A stretch of DNA of 64,000 bases from the human T2T-CHM13v2.0 reference genome, Homo sapiens (GCF_009914755.1 NC_060937.1); one strand, 5' to 3'; numbered from the stretch's first letter, positions 45,150-60,604 are shown. Numbers and translations: made by a program. The notes: generated by a model not told the origin, from the sequence alone.

Positions 45150-45677
45150 CTTGCTAACTGTAACACTTGCTATCTGGCAATCTCTTCTCGCTAGGACGAA
45201 TCCTTAACTGAGAATGATTGTTTGTTTCCCGTTCCAACTTACCTGCTTCTCACTGATGGCTGATACATTATTGCAGCTCATGAAACCATTGCCCAGCCCC
45301 TCCCCTCAATAGAAGGTGTACTTCCTAAGTGCAGAGGTTTTGCATGTTTTGTACATTTTTATATTTTCAGTCTGTAAAATAGTATCCTCCAATGTTACTT
45401 TCTCAATAAATACTCTAGCAGTAAATATTTATTAAACAATTTATCTCATATTTGTTTATGATTAGTCAATTAAATTTAGATTTACTACTGCTGTGCATCA
45501 GAGTTGATACAATTATTACAGTGAATTATAATTCCTCTCAAATTAACTAATGGGAATTATTTAAAATAAACATGTTATTAACCTATTGATCTACCTGTGT
45601 TCCTTTTTACCAGTGTACATAATGATGCAAATTCAGGAATTTCTTAGGTGGTGTTTCAGTGAGAAGTTGCTCTATAA

Positions 45678-46017
<340 letters not shown>

Positions 46018-46380
46018 GGATTTTTTTAAAATAATCACCTGGCTTTGGCTGGACAATAGAAATTCCTAAAGTCTTAAACAGAGAAATGTTTGAATGATCT
46101 TGCTCTACTCCTTGAAAGATTTTTAGTAAGTTGGTTTTGTCAGCTTCACTATTGAAAATCAACTTCCCCTTGTGCTGCTGTAGACCAGCTAAGAACTGTG
46201 AATCCCTGGTTTGCTGAGGTTTGCATACTGAACTGGGTCACCTTTTTCTTTCTTAGCATAGTCTCCTACCTCCCCAGAATAGTCTTATCTTAAAAGTTCT
46301 GAACATTTCTGTCCCCAAGTGCATCTCTATTTTGGCTTCATCTGGCAGGACAATTCATTGAATGGTTAATTTGTGTTGTG

Positions 46381-46405
46381 GTGTGTGTGTGTGTGTGTGT
46401 GTGTG
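46381..46405. repeat. (GT)n microsatellite
   Basis: About 12 GT units. Confidence 0.9.
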
Positions 46406-47339
46406 CGATTCAGTGCTGGACAATTTCCTGCAGGTTCAATGGGTTTTTTTCTGCCCACTTGCCCCAAAACAAAGTTCCTCTTTTTGAATCCTAAATCTAT
46501 GTTCTCTTATCTGCAGATGACATTCACAATTTTTGTTTTCTAAGACTGTAAACAGACACTGCCCCACACCAATGAGACAAACATCTAATCTTTCTCTAGT
46601 TTGGGTAGAGAAGAGTAGCCCATATTAAGTGAGGGAGAGAGGGTTGGTGCATTTGGGCACTTGTGCTAAATGTTGTGTATTTCCTTCTCAGTCTTGTGAA
46701 TATGTGTCCTTTACATCTTTGAGGACAACCTGCAAGTGAAGTAGTCCATTTAATCACCAATTACATAGAATACACCTAGAGCTCCTATCGTTGTTCACTT
46801 ATGTTGGTGAATTAGGATGAGAATTTGCCCTTATAAATTTTCACTAGTCGAGGAATGGTAATGTAAAGTTTGATAGATCCATACAGTGAATTTTATACAA
46901 CTTACTGAAAGCAAGAAAGTAAGTTTTATTGGCATAAATACTCACAACATATTAATAAGTAAGGAATACATGTTACAAAAGACCGCATGGTATTTTATTT
47001 TATAAATAAAATATATACAGTATGTGTAGAGAACAAACACCTGGAATTATGTATTTCAGAAGGTTAATAGCCATTATCTTTAGACAAAAGATTAATTTTT
47101 ACTTTCTTCTTTATATTTTTTGTATTATACTCATTTCTACAAAGGAAATACTAAAGTAGGTAATTAGGAAAAAGCCAATATAATTTCATTTTGAAACAAA
47201 ATAGATTTGCTAATGTTAGGTAGTTTTTAAGTCACTTCAGGTTCAGAGCTCATGTGATCTGGCAGTAATGAGGGGGATGAGTTACCCTGTTGGATTTTTC
47301 TTTCTGTGATTCATGTCACATGCAGAATTACTCTCCTTT

Positions 47340-48802
47340 TGTGTCCGGAATTGGTGGGTTCTTGGTCTCACTGACTTCAAGAATGTAGCCGCCGACCCTC
47401 GCGGTGAGTGTTACAGCTCTTAAGGTGGCGGGTCTGGAGTTTGTTCCTTCTGATGTTCGGATGTGTTCGGAGTTTTTTCCTTCTGGTGGGTGCGTGGTCT
47501 CCCTGGATCAGGAGTGAAGCTGCAGACCTTTGCGGTGAGTGTTACAGCTCTTAAGGCGGCGCGTCTGGAGTTGTTTGTTCCTCCCAGTGGGTTCGTGGTC
47601 TCACTGGCTTCAGGAGTGAAGCTACAGACCTTCGCGGTGAGTGTTACAGTTCATAAAGGCAGTGTGGACCCAAAGAGCCAAAGAACAAAGCTTCCACACT
47701 GTGGAAGGAGACCCGAGTGGGTTGCCACTGCTCGCTCGGGCAGCCTGCTTTTATTCTCTTATCTGGCCCCACACACATCCTGCTGATTGGTAGAGCCCAG
47801 TGGTCTGTTCCGACAGGGCGCTGATTGGTGTGTTTACAATCCCTGAGCTACACACAAAGGTTCTCCAGGTCCCCACCAGATTAGCTAGATACAGAGTGTC
47901 CATTGGTGCATTCACAAACCCTGAGTTAGACACAGGGTGCTGATTGGTGTGTTTACAAACCTTGAGCTAGATACAGAGTGCCGATTGGTGTATTTACAAT
48001 CCCTGAGCTAGACATAAAGGTTCTCCAAGGCCCCACCAGAGTAGCTAGATACACAGTATCCATTGGTGCATTCACAAACCCTGAGCTTGACACAGGGTGC
48101 TGTTGGTGTATTTACAATCCCTTAGCTAGACATAAAGGTTCTCCACGTCCCCACCAGACTCAGGAGCCCAGCTGGCTTCACCCAGTGGATCCCGCACCAG
48201 AGCTGCAGGTGGAGCTGCCTGCCAGTCCCGCGCCGTGCGCCCGCACTCCTCAGCCCTTGGGAGGTCGATGGGACTGGGTCCTGTGGAGCAGGGGGCGGTG
48301 CTCGTCAGGGAGGCTCGGGCCGCACAGGAGCCCTCGGGTGGGGAGCTCAGGCATGGCGGGCTGCGGGTCCCGAGCCCTGCCCCGAGGGGAGGCAGCTAAG
48401 GCCCGGTGAGAAATCGAGCGCAGCGCGGGTCGGCCCGCACTGCTGGAGGACCCAGTACACCCTCTGCAGCTGCTGGCCTGGGTGCTAAGCCCCTCATTGC
48501 TCTGGCCGGCAGGGCCAGCAGGCTCCTCCGAATGCGGGGCCTGCCAAGCCCACGCCCACCCGGAACTCCAGCTGGTCCGCAAGCTCCGTGCGCAGCCCCG
48601 GTTCCCGCTCGCGCCTCTCCCTCCACACCTCCCTGCAAGCTGAGGGAGCCGGCTCCGGCCTTGACCAGCCCAGAAAGGGGCTCCTACAGTGCAGCGGCGT
48701 GCTGAAGGGCTCCTCGAGTGCCGCCAAAGTGGGAGCCCAGGCAGAGGAGGCGCTGAGAGCGAGCAAGGGCTGTGAGGACTGCCAGCACGCTGTCACCTCT
48801 CA
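47340..48802 (-). mobile_element. LTR12C-like (HERV9) solo LTR, CpG-rich
   Basis: Minus strand starts TGAGAGGTGACAGCGTGCTGGC and ends CCACCAATTCCGGACACA. 4-bp TSD cttt at 47336-47339 and 48803-48806. Internal tandem U3 and U5 repeats. Confidence 0.96.
47749..48130 (-). promoter_or_regulatory. LTR12 U3 promoter/enhancer: six CCAAT (NF-Y) boxes, GATA motifs, AATAAAA TATA-like box
   Basis: attgg at 47786, 47824, 47902, 47943, 47984 and 48062. ttttattctcttatct at 47749-47764 reads AGATAAGAGAATAAAA on the minus strand. Known ERV9 LTR promoter architecture. Confidence 0.75.
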
Positions 48803-49285
48803 CTTTGATGCCCAGAAACCATTGTCTGCCTTTCTGCAGGGTGCTAGTAAAGAATAGGCAGTACCTGAGAGAAGATAGAAAGGACGTATCTGCATTTAGA
48901 AAAAGGGGATTTCTTTCTTTTTTCTCTTAAGCCTCCTTCCATCCTCTCAAGAAAAGTCTACCATGACAAAACCAAGACTCTCTCATTTATGCTTTAATTT
49001 TCCTCCAGAACAAGTGACATATGAGCCTTCTAATAACAAGTAGACAAGTTTGCAGGAACACTGACTTATAAGGGGAATAAGTACCCCCAGGACTATGAGA
49101 AGCTGCTGTTGCTCCAACACTGTCCTATCAAGAATACAGATTGGTGACTTATAGCTGGCTTGGTGACTTATGCTGGTACATTTCCCTGGAGCCACACTCA
49201 GTCCCCAGTATGCTGAATTCCATTTATGACCCAGTTGCAGGCACTATATATGGCACCCAGATGTATATTAGAATGTCATGACTTT

Positions 49286-49358
49286 GAGATAGATAGGCAG
49301 ATGGATAGGTAGATAGATAGATAGATACATAGATAGATAGATAATAGACAGATAGATA
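49286..49358. repeat. Imperfect (GATA)n tetranucleotide repeat
   Basis: gatagatagatag... with interruptions. Confidence 0.9.
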
Positions 49359-50949
49359 AAAAATTTATTTCAGATGAAAGGATATCTTCTTTTCTGCAAG
49401 CAAAGAAATAAGCTGCTAGCATTTTAGTTCTATCTTTGTTGGATTTGTGTTCTAAGGCCACAGGGCATTCACAAGTCTGCCTAATTACTTCTATACTCTG
49501 TGAATAAGTACATGGAAGAAACATACATGCATCTGTAATGTAAAAAGGTAACATGCAATGTAAGGAGAGCATGCATAAGAGTATTTATTAATAGATTATT
49601 TACGTGAGGAGATGCTAGACAGTGCACATTATGGAGGATATACAATATAATGTGAAGAGGTCATGCCATAGACAGAGCACATTTGGGTCATTAGCACTTG
49701 TCCCCCTGAATATGACATTTAAAGCCACAATCCATTATACTTATCCAAGGATATTCTTGGGTTGTGATGAAGTGGGAAGTGATGAGAAAATCGAGGAAGT
49801 CTCTGTGCTATGTCTGGGCATTGATTTGACCAACGATACTGAGAAGATTAAGACACTGGATTTAGCATCAAGGAAGATACACAAAAGTCAATACTGTGCA
49901 CCTCAGGCCCCCAGAATTTCTCTTTACCTTCTGAATGTTGGTGTCCTCATTTCTATAGAAAACAATGGTATCCAAGCCCTAGAGAGAAGTTCGAGTTCAG
50001 GGCAGTCCTGTCTGAACTTCTCTCATTGGTTCTTTATCTATAGTGGCAGCTTCCAGGTCGCTTAGTTTCCAAACTCAAAAAATTTAAAGTAGATTTTATT
50101 TTTAATTTCATGGGAGCAGACATCCGCATGCAATGCTGCATATAAAAACACTATTGTTCAGTCAAAGGTTATTTTTCCTAAAGCAATGGCAGTAAGGTTA
50201 CCAACATGCACAAATTTAGTCAAGGCTTCTCTCTGACTCTTAGTCGGTTAACAGATAATACACAGCAGAAGAAACATAACCAGTGAACAAACATAGATTA
50301 AAATGTTCAATGTAAATGCAAGCAAAATAAAGGATAATCAAAGATGTATTAGGTCTTTTGTTACTGCTTTTTAAATGGTGTTGCATACAGATGGTGAACA
50401 TACAGAAATGACTATTTTCTTGCATCCTGCTATCGGTACTCTGAGTAGGTAAAAGCCATTGCATAGCAGATAGCAAGACATATCAAACAAATATCAAAGT
50501 GCTTATAGTTTTTGACCAGATAATTCCACTTCAGAAAATATGCCTTAAGAAATTTATCTGAAATATGAATGCTTTATGGGCAGAATGTTCAGTTTCTTTT
50601 GATAAAAAAAAAAGTTTGTATCTATTAACAGGGGGATTATTATATAATTTGTGCATTGTTCACTAGAGAAAAATGTTATCCAGTCTTAAAAAGTGATAGT
50701 AACAGAAAATATGTAGATATATTAAATAATATTTATGATATGTAAAATGAAAAACCAAGATGGCGATTTGTATATACATCATAACTATTTAAAATATATA
50801 TTTAAAAGACAAAAAAAAGATAGTATTCATTTTTATAGAAGAAAATGATTGTGTATATTTATTTCCTAAATCGTCATAATATTTATAACATATAATATAT
50901 TGAAAACAAATAAATAAGCAAATCAAAAACAAAAACTTGGGAAAGAATA

Positions 50950-53320
50950 AACAGAGTTTTACACTGTCAAGACAACCATACTTGAAAGGTTAAAATCCTT
51001 GAGATTAAAGCTGAAATGTGTAATTAAAAGTAAAGTATGTGCAAGAATACTATAAAAAATGATAAAACATCATTGAGATACACGAAAGGAGGCATAGATA
51101 CATACACAGAAACCATATCAATGTACTGGAATATTCAATATTTTTGAATTATTTTTAAAGATGTCAGTTGTACCCAAATTAAACCATAGTTTCACTTCAA
51201 TCTCAAACAAAACCCCTAAATGTTTATAATAGTTACAATAATAAGAATAGCAGTAATAATTATTAGTATTATCTGCTTGTATGAAAACTAACAGGTTGTT
51301 TCTTAAATTTATATGAAAATGTAAAAATGAATAGCCAAGGTGATATTGAGGAAGCAAAAAATTAACACCTTAACTAATAGATCTCAAAACTTATGTTTAG
51401 ATATAACAAGAAATACGTGTCTCTTGAAACCAGGAAAACAAATAAGACAAATGGAATGGAACAAAAGTGCCCAAACAGACCCATATACATACATCAAAAG
51501 ACATATGACAAAGGTTTATCTGCAGTGCAGTGGGAAAAGGATATCCTCCTGAACAAATATGCTGGATTAGTTGGCTAACTATATGGTATAGTTTGGGTGC
51601 TTGTCCCCACCAAATCTTGTGTTGACGTTTGATCCCCAATGTTGGAGGTGGGGCCTAATGGGAGGTGTTTAGGTCATGGAGCAGATCCCTCATGAATAGA
51701 TTAATGTCCTGGAGTGAGACCTGAGGAGGGAGTTCTTGCTCTATTAGTTCCTGAGAAAGCTGGTTAAAACAAACAAACAAACAAACAAAAAAGACCTGGT
51801 GCTTCACCTTCTCTCTCTCTTGCTTTCTCTCATGCCATGAGAACTTGTCACATGCCAGCTTCCTTTTGCCTTCTGCCATAAGTAAAAGCAGCCTGAAACC
51901 CTGATGAGAAACAGACGCTAGTGCCATGCTTCTTGAATAACCTGCAGAACCATGCACCAAATAAACCTCTTTAGACTCAAACTCACGTGTTTCTTTATAG
52001 CAACACAAAATGGATTAAGACACTATATGAACTGAATACTAACCCGTTTTCTACCATATAAAAATATGTATTCCAAATAGAGTACAATTTTAAATGAAAA
52101 TGACTAAATAATAAGGCTTCTGGGGTGGAAATTTAAGAATATCTTTATGAACCTGTTATTGTCAAAGTTTTTTTAAGAAGTACTATTATAAAGAAAATGT
52201 AAATTGACATACATTCGACTTATTAAATTTTACTCACTCAAGTGCCACATTAAGAGAATAAAAATGTAAACTATACAACTGCACCAGATATTTATAATTC
52301 ACATATCTAACAAATGACTGGTATCTACATGGAATATTAAAGTCTCAGTAATTAAGAAAATAAAATGATTAAAGACTGCACATTTTACAGAAGAAAAAAT
52401 CACATGTCTAAAAACCTTATAAAAATCTCATCAGCACTACTCAACAGGGATATGCAAATTAAAAGCACAATGAAATATTACCACATACCTACCAGAATGG
52501 CTAAAAGTCTGAAAGTTAAAATTAGTTTTTGATAATCACATAGATCAACAGCAACTATCACATAATGATAATGGGAGTACACATCGTATAACTTTTGGGA
52601 GAAAATGTTTGGCAATATCTATTAAAACATTTCATTTCCTATGATACAGAAATAATTTCTAGCAGAAATTCTAGTCATCACCAGAAGATTATATATGAGA
52701 ATATTCTCAGCAGCACTTTTTATAACAGCCCAAACTGGAAATAATCCACAATTCCGTCAACACTAGAATGCATATGTATATATCTACAGCTCAAACTGGA
52801 AATAATCCACAATTCTATCAACACTAGGATGCATATGTGTGTGTGCATGTGTGTGTGAATACACATGCACATCATTTATAACTATATATAAATATATGAA
52901 ATAGCTGATATGTATTATATATAAAGATACATATATAATGTACATAGTTATTATTATATGTATATAATAATATATAAATGATATACAGTGCTATATAGAT
53001 ATAGATATATGGTCAATGAATACAGCAATGAGAATAAAGAAGATATTTCTACATGCAAAATTACATGAATGTCAAAAACATCATCCTAATGGAAAAAAGC
53101 CAAACATATTAAAGCTTTAAAAATATGTCTATGGTGATAATGTCATTTTAGTAGTTAGCTTTGGAATGTAGTGACTAGATGGGATAATAAGACTTTGAGG
53201 ATACCAAAAATATGTTATATCTTAATCTGTCTGCTGGTTAAAGAGACTTGTTTAATTTGTGAAAAATTTCCCTATGCATTTATGTGTACTTTTCTATAAG
53301 CAAGAGGTACTTTAATAAAA
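50950..53320 (+). mobile_element. Old L1ME-like ORF2/3'UTR remnant, split by the MSTB LTR
   Basis: tcttaaatttatatgaaaatg...atagccaagg; gatatgcaaattaaaagcacaatgaaatattaccac; terminal tttaataaaaa. Confidence 0.65.
51584..52022 (+). mobile_element. MSTB/MSTB1-like MaLR solo LTR
   Basis: tggtatagtttgg...tttatagcaacacaaaatggattaagaca. TSD ctata at 51579-51583 and 52023-52027. Confidence 0.9.
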
Positions 53321-53613
53321 AATATTCTTTCTAAACATTTTCTTTACAATTTAAAAAGTTATAGGAGTCCAGGTTGGGCGTTTTTTTCTATATAGTTCAG
53401 GTCTTGATTGGTGCTATAAAAAGTCTCCTAGGATAAATGGACCAAACCCTACTGAAAAAAGAGGAAAATAAGGCACTGAGACATTAAGTAATGGGCACAT
53501 ATTCAAGCAGAGAAAAAAAGAAAAATCTAAGAACCAAAATTGAAATCTAAGTTTCATCGTTTCTGAGCTTATTCCACTTTATCAGGACATGTATTCCTTC
53601 AACAATTTTTTGT

Positions 53614-53830
53614 GTAGATGTTAAGTGTTCATATCACAAAATGATAGTACAAAGAATAATTGTTATTATAAGTAAAAAAGATGAGGGAAAACTTTTGTAG
53701 GTTACAATAGTTTTATGACATACATTGTGATGATGATTTCACAGATGTACACCTATTTCCAAACTCATCAAATTATATGCATTAAATATGTAGAGCCTTG
53801 TTATGTCAATCATACCTCAATAAAGCAATT
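53614..53830 (+). mobile_element. L1MA10/L1MB-like 3' end
   Basis: aaactcatcaaattatatgcattaaatatgt...tgtcaatcatacctcaataaagc. Confidence 0.7.
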
Positions 53831-55151
53831 AAAATACCAAATTTTTGTTACGTACCTATGATGTGATAGGCTGCTACATGTTGGGGATACAGCATTTACA
53901 AAACTGAGAAGTAGAAGTCCCTGGTCTCAAGAAGCTTACATTCTAATTTACATGTTACAGTATATTTCATAATTGAGTCTGAAAACTTAGTATGTTGTAA
54001 CAGTGTAACTGATCACTAGTTGTCCTTCAAAATCAATTTGTCCCCCTTCTTGAGTAATAAAACTCTCCATTTTTTCACTGGGCTATGAACACCCAAAATA
54101 ACATTTACATACCTTGACTTCCCTAGCATCTAGATATAGAAATATGAGAACTTTGTAATAGGACTTAATAGCAAGTGGAGTGTGCACTTTTGGGAGAATT
54201 TTTTTCCTTATTCCATTCCCTTTTCTCCCATCTTTTCTGGGGTCTGGGGTAAGATTATAATGGTGAAAGCTGTAATATGTGAATGGTGGAGAACAAGATA
54301 GAAACATTCTCTGATACCACGATCCAAAAACATTAGACCTGGGCAACATATCACTTGGTGTGTTTTACTTACATTAAAATGAAATAAAATTCTTTTAGAT
54401 AAGCCACTATAACTTTGAATTTTCAGTCACTGACAGCTAAAAATCTTCTAACACAACAATTTAGTCAACAGTTTTGTCATTTTCTATTAAATATATCTTT
54501 AAGTGTATCCAGGAAATCAGCTGGCCACTTAAAGTCTTATTTTCTATTCCTTAACTCAAAGGCACTTAAAGCTGCTATTCATCCCATAAACAAAACGTAT
54601 TTGTGTCAGTGGATGCAAAGTTCAGTGTACGGAAATGGGGAGACAAGAACATGTATCTCCCATATCTTAGACCTGACAAAGGATAAGTGTTGTCTTCTTT
54701 TTCCATATTTATTTATGTTTCAATGCCAGGTCTAGTAAAACTGAATCAATTGAAAGAGAAAAATGTTTAGTTTTCCTTCATTCATCCTTGTTATTTCTCT
54801 TCTCAAACCTAATGTTGGTAAATATAATCTGATTCTACTTGAAATATTTCACATCAGAAGCTATTCTCTAATTAATAGACCAAGACATAATCATTTTACT
54901 ATGTTCATTTATGTAAGTAAATGTACTTAATAAGTACATAATCCAATGGAAAGCTTTGTTTTCAACATAAAAAGGGAAACACATATAAATAGTAGTGAGT
55001 ATTTAGCATTGTAAAATACCATTCTGATTTTTTACTCTGAGTTTTAAAACTTAATTTTAAAGGAAGATAAGAAAGAAAGAAAGAAGGAGGGAACTAGCTC
55101 ACATTTACTTCGAACTAATTTTAGACTTAAGAAAAGGCTATTTTATTCTAG

Positions 55152-55232
55152 GCTAAGAAATCCAGATTTGTAATTAACTCTGGTATGTTTCCTGTCACTG
55201 CTGAGAAATTTGCATCGGCTATCTGTCCATAA
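55152..55232 (+). other. Candidate distal exon (phase 0: AKKSRFVINSGMFPVTAEKFASAICP*; internal donor after 55182)
   Basis: Acceptor ctattttattctAG and donor CTG|GTATGT. Only the phase-0 frame stays open through the segment. Unique sequence. Confidence 0.28.
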
Positions 55233-56106
55233 ACTGGTTGTATTTTTATCCCAAAGAAGTAATTTGTAAAGATGCTTCAAGATTTCCTTTTCAAGAATGC
55301 CATGGTCAATGATTAACTACACAATCCCTCATCATAAAACCTTTCTTCATGTATTTTAATTATAATAAATAACTGGATCCAATAAGCAATGTGTGAATAC
55401 CCAGCAAGGTAACTTGTTTTCTGATTATAAGAGAAAATTTATAATGCTTATGTGTATAGCAAAACCCTATTTCCCTTTTTTTTTTATTCAGGAAGACAAC
55501 AAAAAGGCAAACTTGTAGCATATAGAAGCTAATAGTGAGAAAATGAAACTTTATGACCAACCATAGTTTGGTCGGTTAGGAGGCAGTTACCATCAGCACG
55601 GAGATCAATAGAAACTAATTCTGCCATAGAAACTAATTCTTCTGATTGGAATTCAGGCAATGTGACAACCAAAATAAGCAAATGGGATAGAGACTAAAAC
55701 CTAGTGCTTCCAGGGCTATTGGAAATGTAAACTTTAAGAATAAATGCAATTTTAAACTCAATCTCCTCATCTGTGAAATGATAAGAGTGTAAAAATTCAT
55801 TCTGAGGATTTTTATATGTTCACACACACAATGGATTTCCATCTAAATAATAAAAATCTTGAAATCGTGATCTTGTTTTCTTGTTCAACATATTGATGCT
55901 TAGTTTATTTAAATAATGCATTACTGAGATAATTCCAATTAAAACTGGTGAGTATGTATATTCTTCATTTCCCTCCAACAAAAAAGGATTCGAAGAAACA
56001 ACTACATCTTCAAAGAAACAATGCAATAACATTGACCTTTTCTGTTCTCTAAGCAACAGAAAAGGAACAGAAAAGAAAAAAATATAAACAGCCCCCATTT
56101 TTATTA

Positions 56107-56438
<332 letters not shown>

Positions 56439-57399
56439 AAGCAAACAGGAAATAGCCCAATTCTCAGGCAGCAAAACTGTAATGTATATTTTTCTATAAC
56501 AGTGCAATGAAATGCAGACTAAAATGAAAAGGAAAAAAAAATAAAAGAACCCTAAAAGCATACATACATCTCTTCAGGCTTTGTTAATACAGCAGCCCTC
56601 TCTATTTGGCCCCTAAATAGAGGTATAAGAGTGTGATTAACTTTTGAAGGAGAGAAATATTACTAAGGTAGATTTGATTCTACTCCATTAAATTTCAAAA
56701 AGAGGTCAAACTGAAGGGGACAACAGCATTGGCAGAGAGTTTCTTGGGTAGAGTGAATTTGACAAGGTGGAGAACTCACTGAGATGTTGAAGAACTTATG
56801 ACGTCATTGCTTTGGCTCAAAGGCATAGGAAACCAAAGATCTTTAAGCAGTCTTGATGAGCAGGCTATTTATTGGAACTTTTTTATGGGTGAGCTGTTAG
56901 TTTTCATAAAAAAAAAAAAACCTGGTACATATTGTCTTTCTCAGAAAGCATTTTCAGTAGCAAGCAGCTAACTTATTTGCTTTCTTGGTCTTGTTTTTTT
57001 CTTTTTTAACACAGTATCAGAGAATTTTGCTTAATTTCCATTCTCAGTGCTAACAGAGTTTTGCTATTTAGGACAAGTTAATACATTTTTTTTTTCTAAA
57101 CTGCAGCTTGTAGACATTCCCAAAAGTTACACAGGGTGAAGCAATGAAATAAGGTAATTCCAAGATTTCATCACAGATAGACTGTAATTAGAGGACTTTG
57201 CTGTGAGCCACAGACCCATAAATGTCAACAATCAACGGGAGAAATGCTATAGTGTAAAGGATTCAGTGAAGGGCGTATCTGTAAAGACAAAATCAAGTAT
57301 AAATAATAGCCTGCCTCACTTCCTCTTAATAGTATATAAGTGATATTTACATGCAAAATTAAGAAAGAATAGAAAAAAATAATGCATACAAGTTCTGTT

Positions 57400-58830
<1,431 letters not shown>

Positions 58831-59333
58831 TTACATACATAATACATATACTACACACATAAAGCATATAATACATACTTATATTACATATTTAAAATTA
58901 GGATGCAGGAAAGGAATGTTGGAGAAAGTGTGATGATGCTAACTTATTTTGACCATTTTTAATAGAAACTTACTAATATGTGTCTACCTTTTAAAAACAG
59001 AGGTGAAAAGTATCATTCAAAATCTCTGTATTTAATAATATTGTTTTGTAATTATATGTTTCTTGTTTAAAATATTTAAAAATTATTCCTAGATTACTTT
59101 TTTCTTCTTGAAACTTCAAGTAAAAAGTATGGAGTTTTACTAAATATCAGCACATATATTTTATGTAATATGTGGCATAAATAACCTATATGTAATGTTA
59201 CACTACTATAATGTAATACATATATGTATACTAATACATATAATATAAACTACTATTTATATTATAAATACTCTGTATTTTAATACTATACACAAATTAT
59301 ATATGCTATTATATTTAACACTATACTGTCATA

Positions 59334-60604
59334 TAGGGGACTTCAAAAATACATGGAAAATGGAAGGAAAAGATAAAAATAAGAAATATAAACTCTTTCT
59401 CAACCAAATTCAGGACACTTTGTAAGGGATGATAGCAGCCATTTAGCATTCCTAAAGAACTGAGGGTACCAGGAATTTAACCCAGCCAATGCTCTCTGTT
59501 TCATATTATCAACTAAAGAAAAATATGCGCCCTCTAAAGAATTTTTAAGATTAAGAAATAAAAAGAAGTTAGAAATAACCAAATTAAGACTTTAAGGTGG
59601 ATGCTTAATTATATCTCATTGAAACTTTTACAAATTTGCCCTTGTTTGCTGAGAGGAATGAGCAGGAGCATTGTTATGGTGGAAAAGTACTCTCTGGTGA
59701 AGATTTCCTGGGAGTTTTCCTCATAAAGCTTTGGTTAACTTTCTCAACATGTTCTCATAATAAGCAGGTGCTATCATTCTTTGGCCTTCCAAAAAGTCAA
59801 CAAGCAAGGTGCTTTGAGCAGCTCAAAAAGCTGTTGCCACGATCCTTGCTCTTGACCCATCTGCTTTTGCTCTGCTAAATAACTTTCACCTCTTGGTACC
59901 CATTGTTTTGCTTGTGCTTTGTCTTCAGGATGGTAAAACTATGTTTCACCTCTTGCAACAATTATCTGAAGATATGCTTCAGGATCTTGATCCCACTTGT
60001 TTACAATGTAAAACAAGTCTTCTCTTTTCTGCAGCTATCTGGAAGGAGTGGTTTTGGCACCCATCCAATGGAACATCTGCTCTCCATTAATTTTTTCCTA
60101 GGAATTATGTAAGATGACCAGAGTGAGATGTCTGTGGTACTGGATATTGTTTGTGCTGCTGGTCATCAGTGCTCTTTAATGAGGGCATGGACAAAATTAA
60201 CTTTTTCTTCCCAAAATAGATGTGTATGGTCTTCTGCTATCAGCTGTATCTTCAACATTTTCTCGTTTCTGCTTAAATCATATTATCCGTTTGTAGGCTG
60301 CTAATTTCTTCAGGATGTTGTTCCCACAAATTTTGGAAAGCATACATGATTTCACCATTCTTCTACTCAGGCTTTACCACAAATTTGATATTGTTCTTGC
60401 TTAAATTTTAGCATAATCCATGTTTTTCTGATAAGGGTTCTTTTCAAACTGATGTGTTATCTTTCTTAGTGCCTCACACTAGACCCTGTTCAGCCATGCT
60501 TTAACAAGTTAGTATGAGTTTATTTTGGTACAAAAGAAAATTTTAAACCGGTGGATAGTTTTTATCATAATATGCATTTTTCCATGAACTTTTTGAAGAC
60601 AACT
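59334..60604 (-). mobile_element. Near-full-length Hsmar2 mariner DNA transposon with defective transposase
   Basis: TIR-like ends aggggacttcaaaaatacatggaaaatg and catttt..ccatgaactttttgaagac, flanked by TA, about 1.27 kb. The minus strand matches the remembered Hsmar2 5' region, with the transposase ATG at 60421. No long ORF remains. Confidence 0.88.

Noticed and set aside
47800-48130. Regularly spaced ~40-bp repeats resembling a CRISPR array
   Set aside because: Contiguous LTR12 U3 tandem repeats with no unique spacers, in a eukaryotic context with no cas genes.
47463-48857. Overlapping GC-rich ORFs and a CpG-island-like segment as a gene start
   Set aside because: They lie essentially within the LTR12C; long ORFs are expected from high GC content.
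49622-50065. 147-aa ORF
   Set aside because: Non-ATG start, no domain or splice support, and partly resembles degenerate repeat sequence.
55608-55640. 15-bp direct repeat atagaaactaattct
   Set aside because: Simple microduplication with no further structure.
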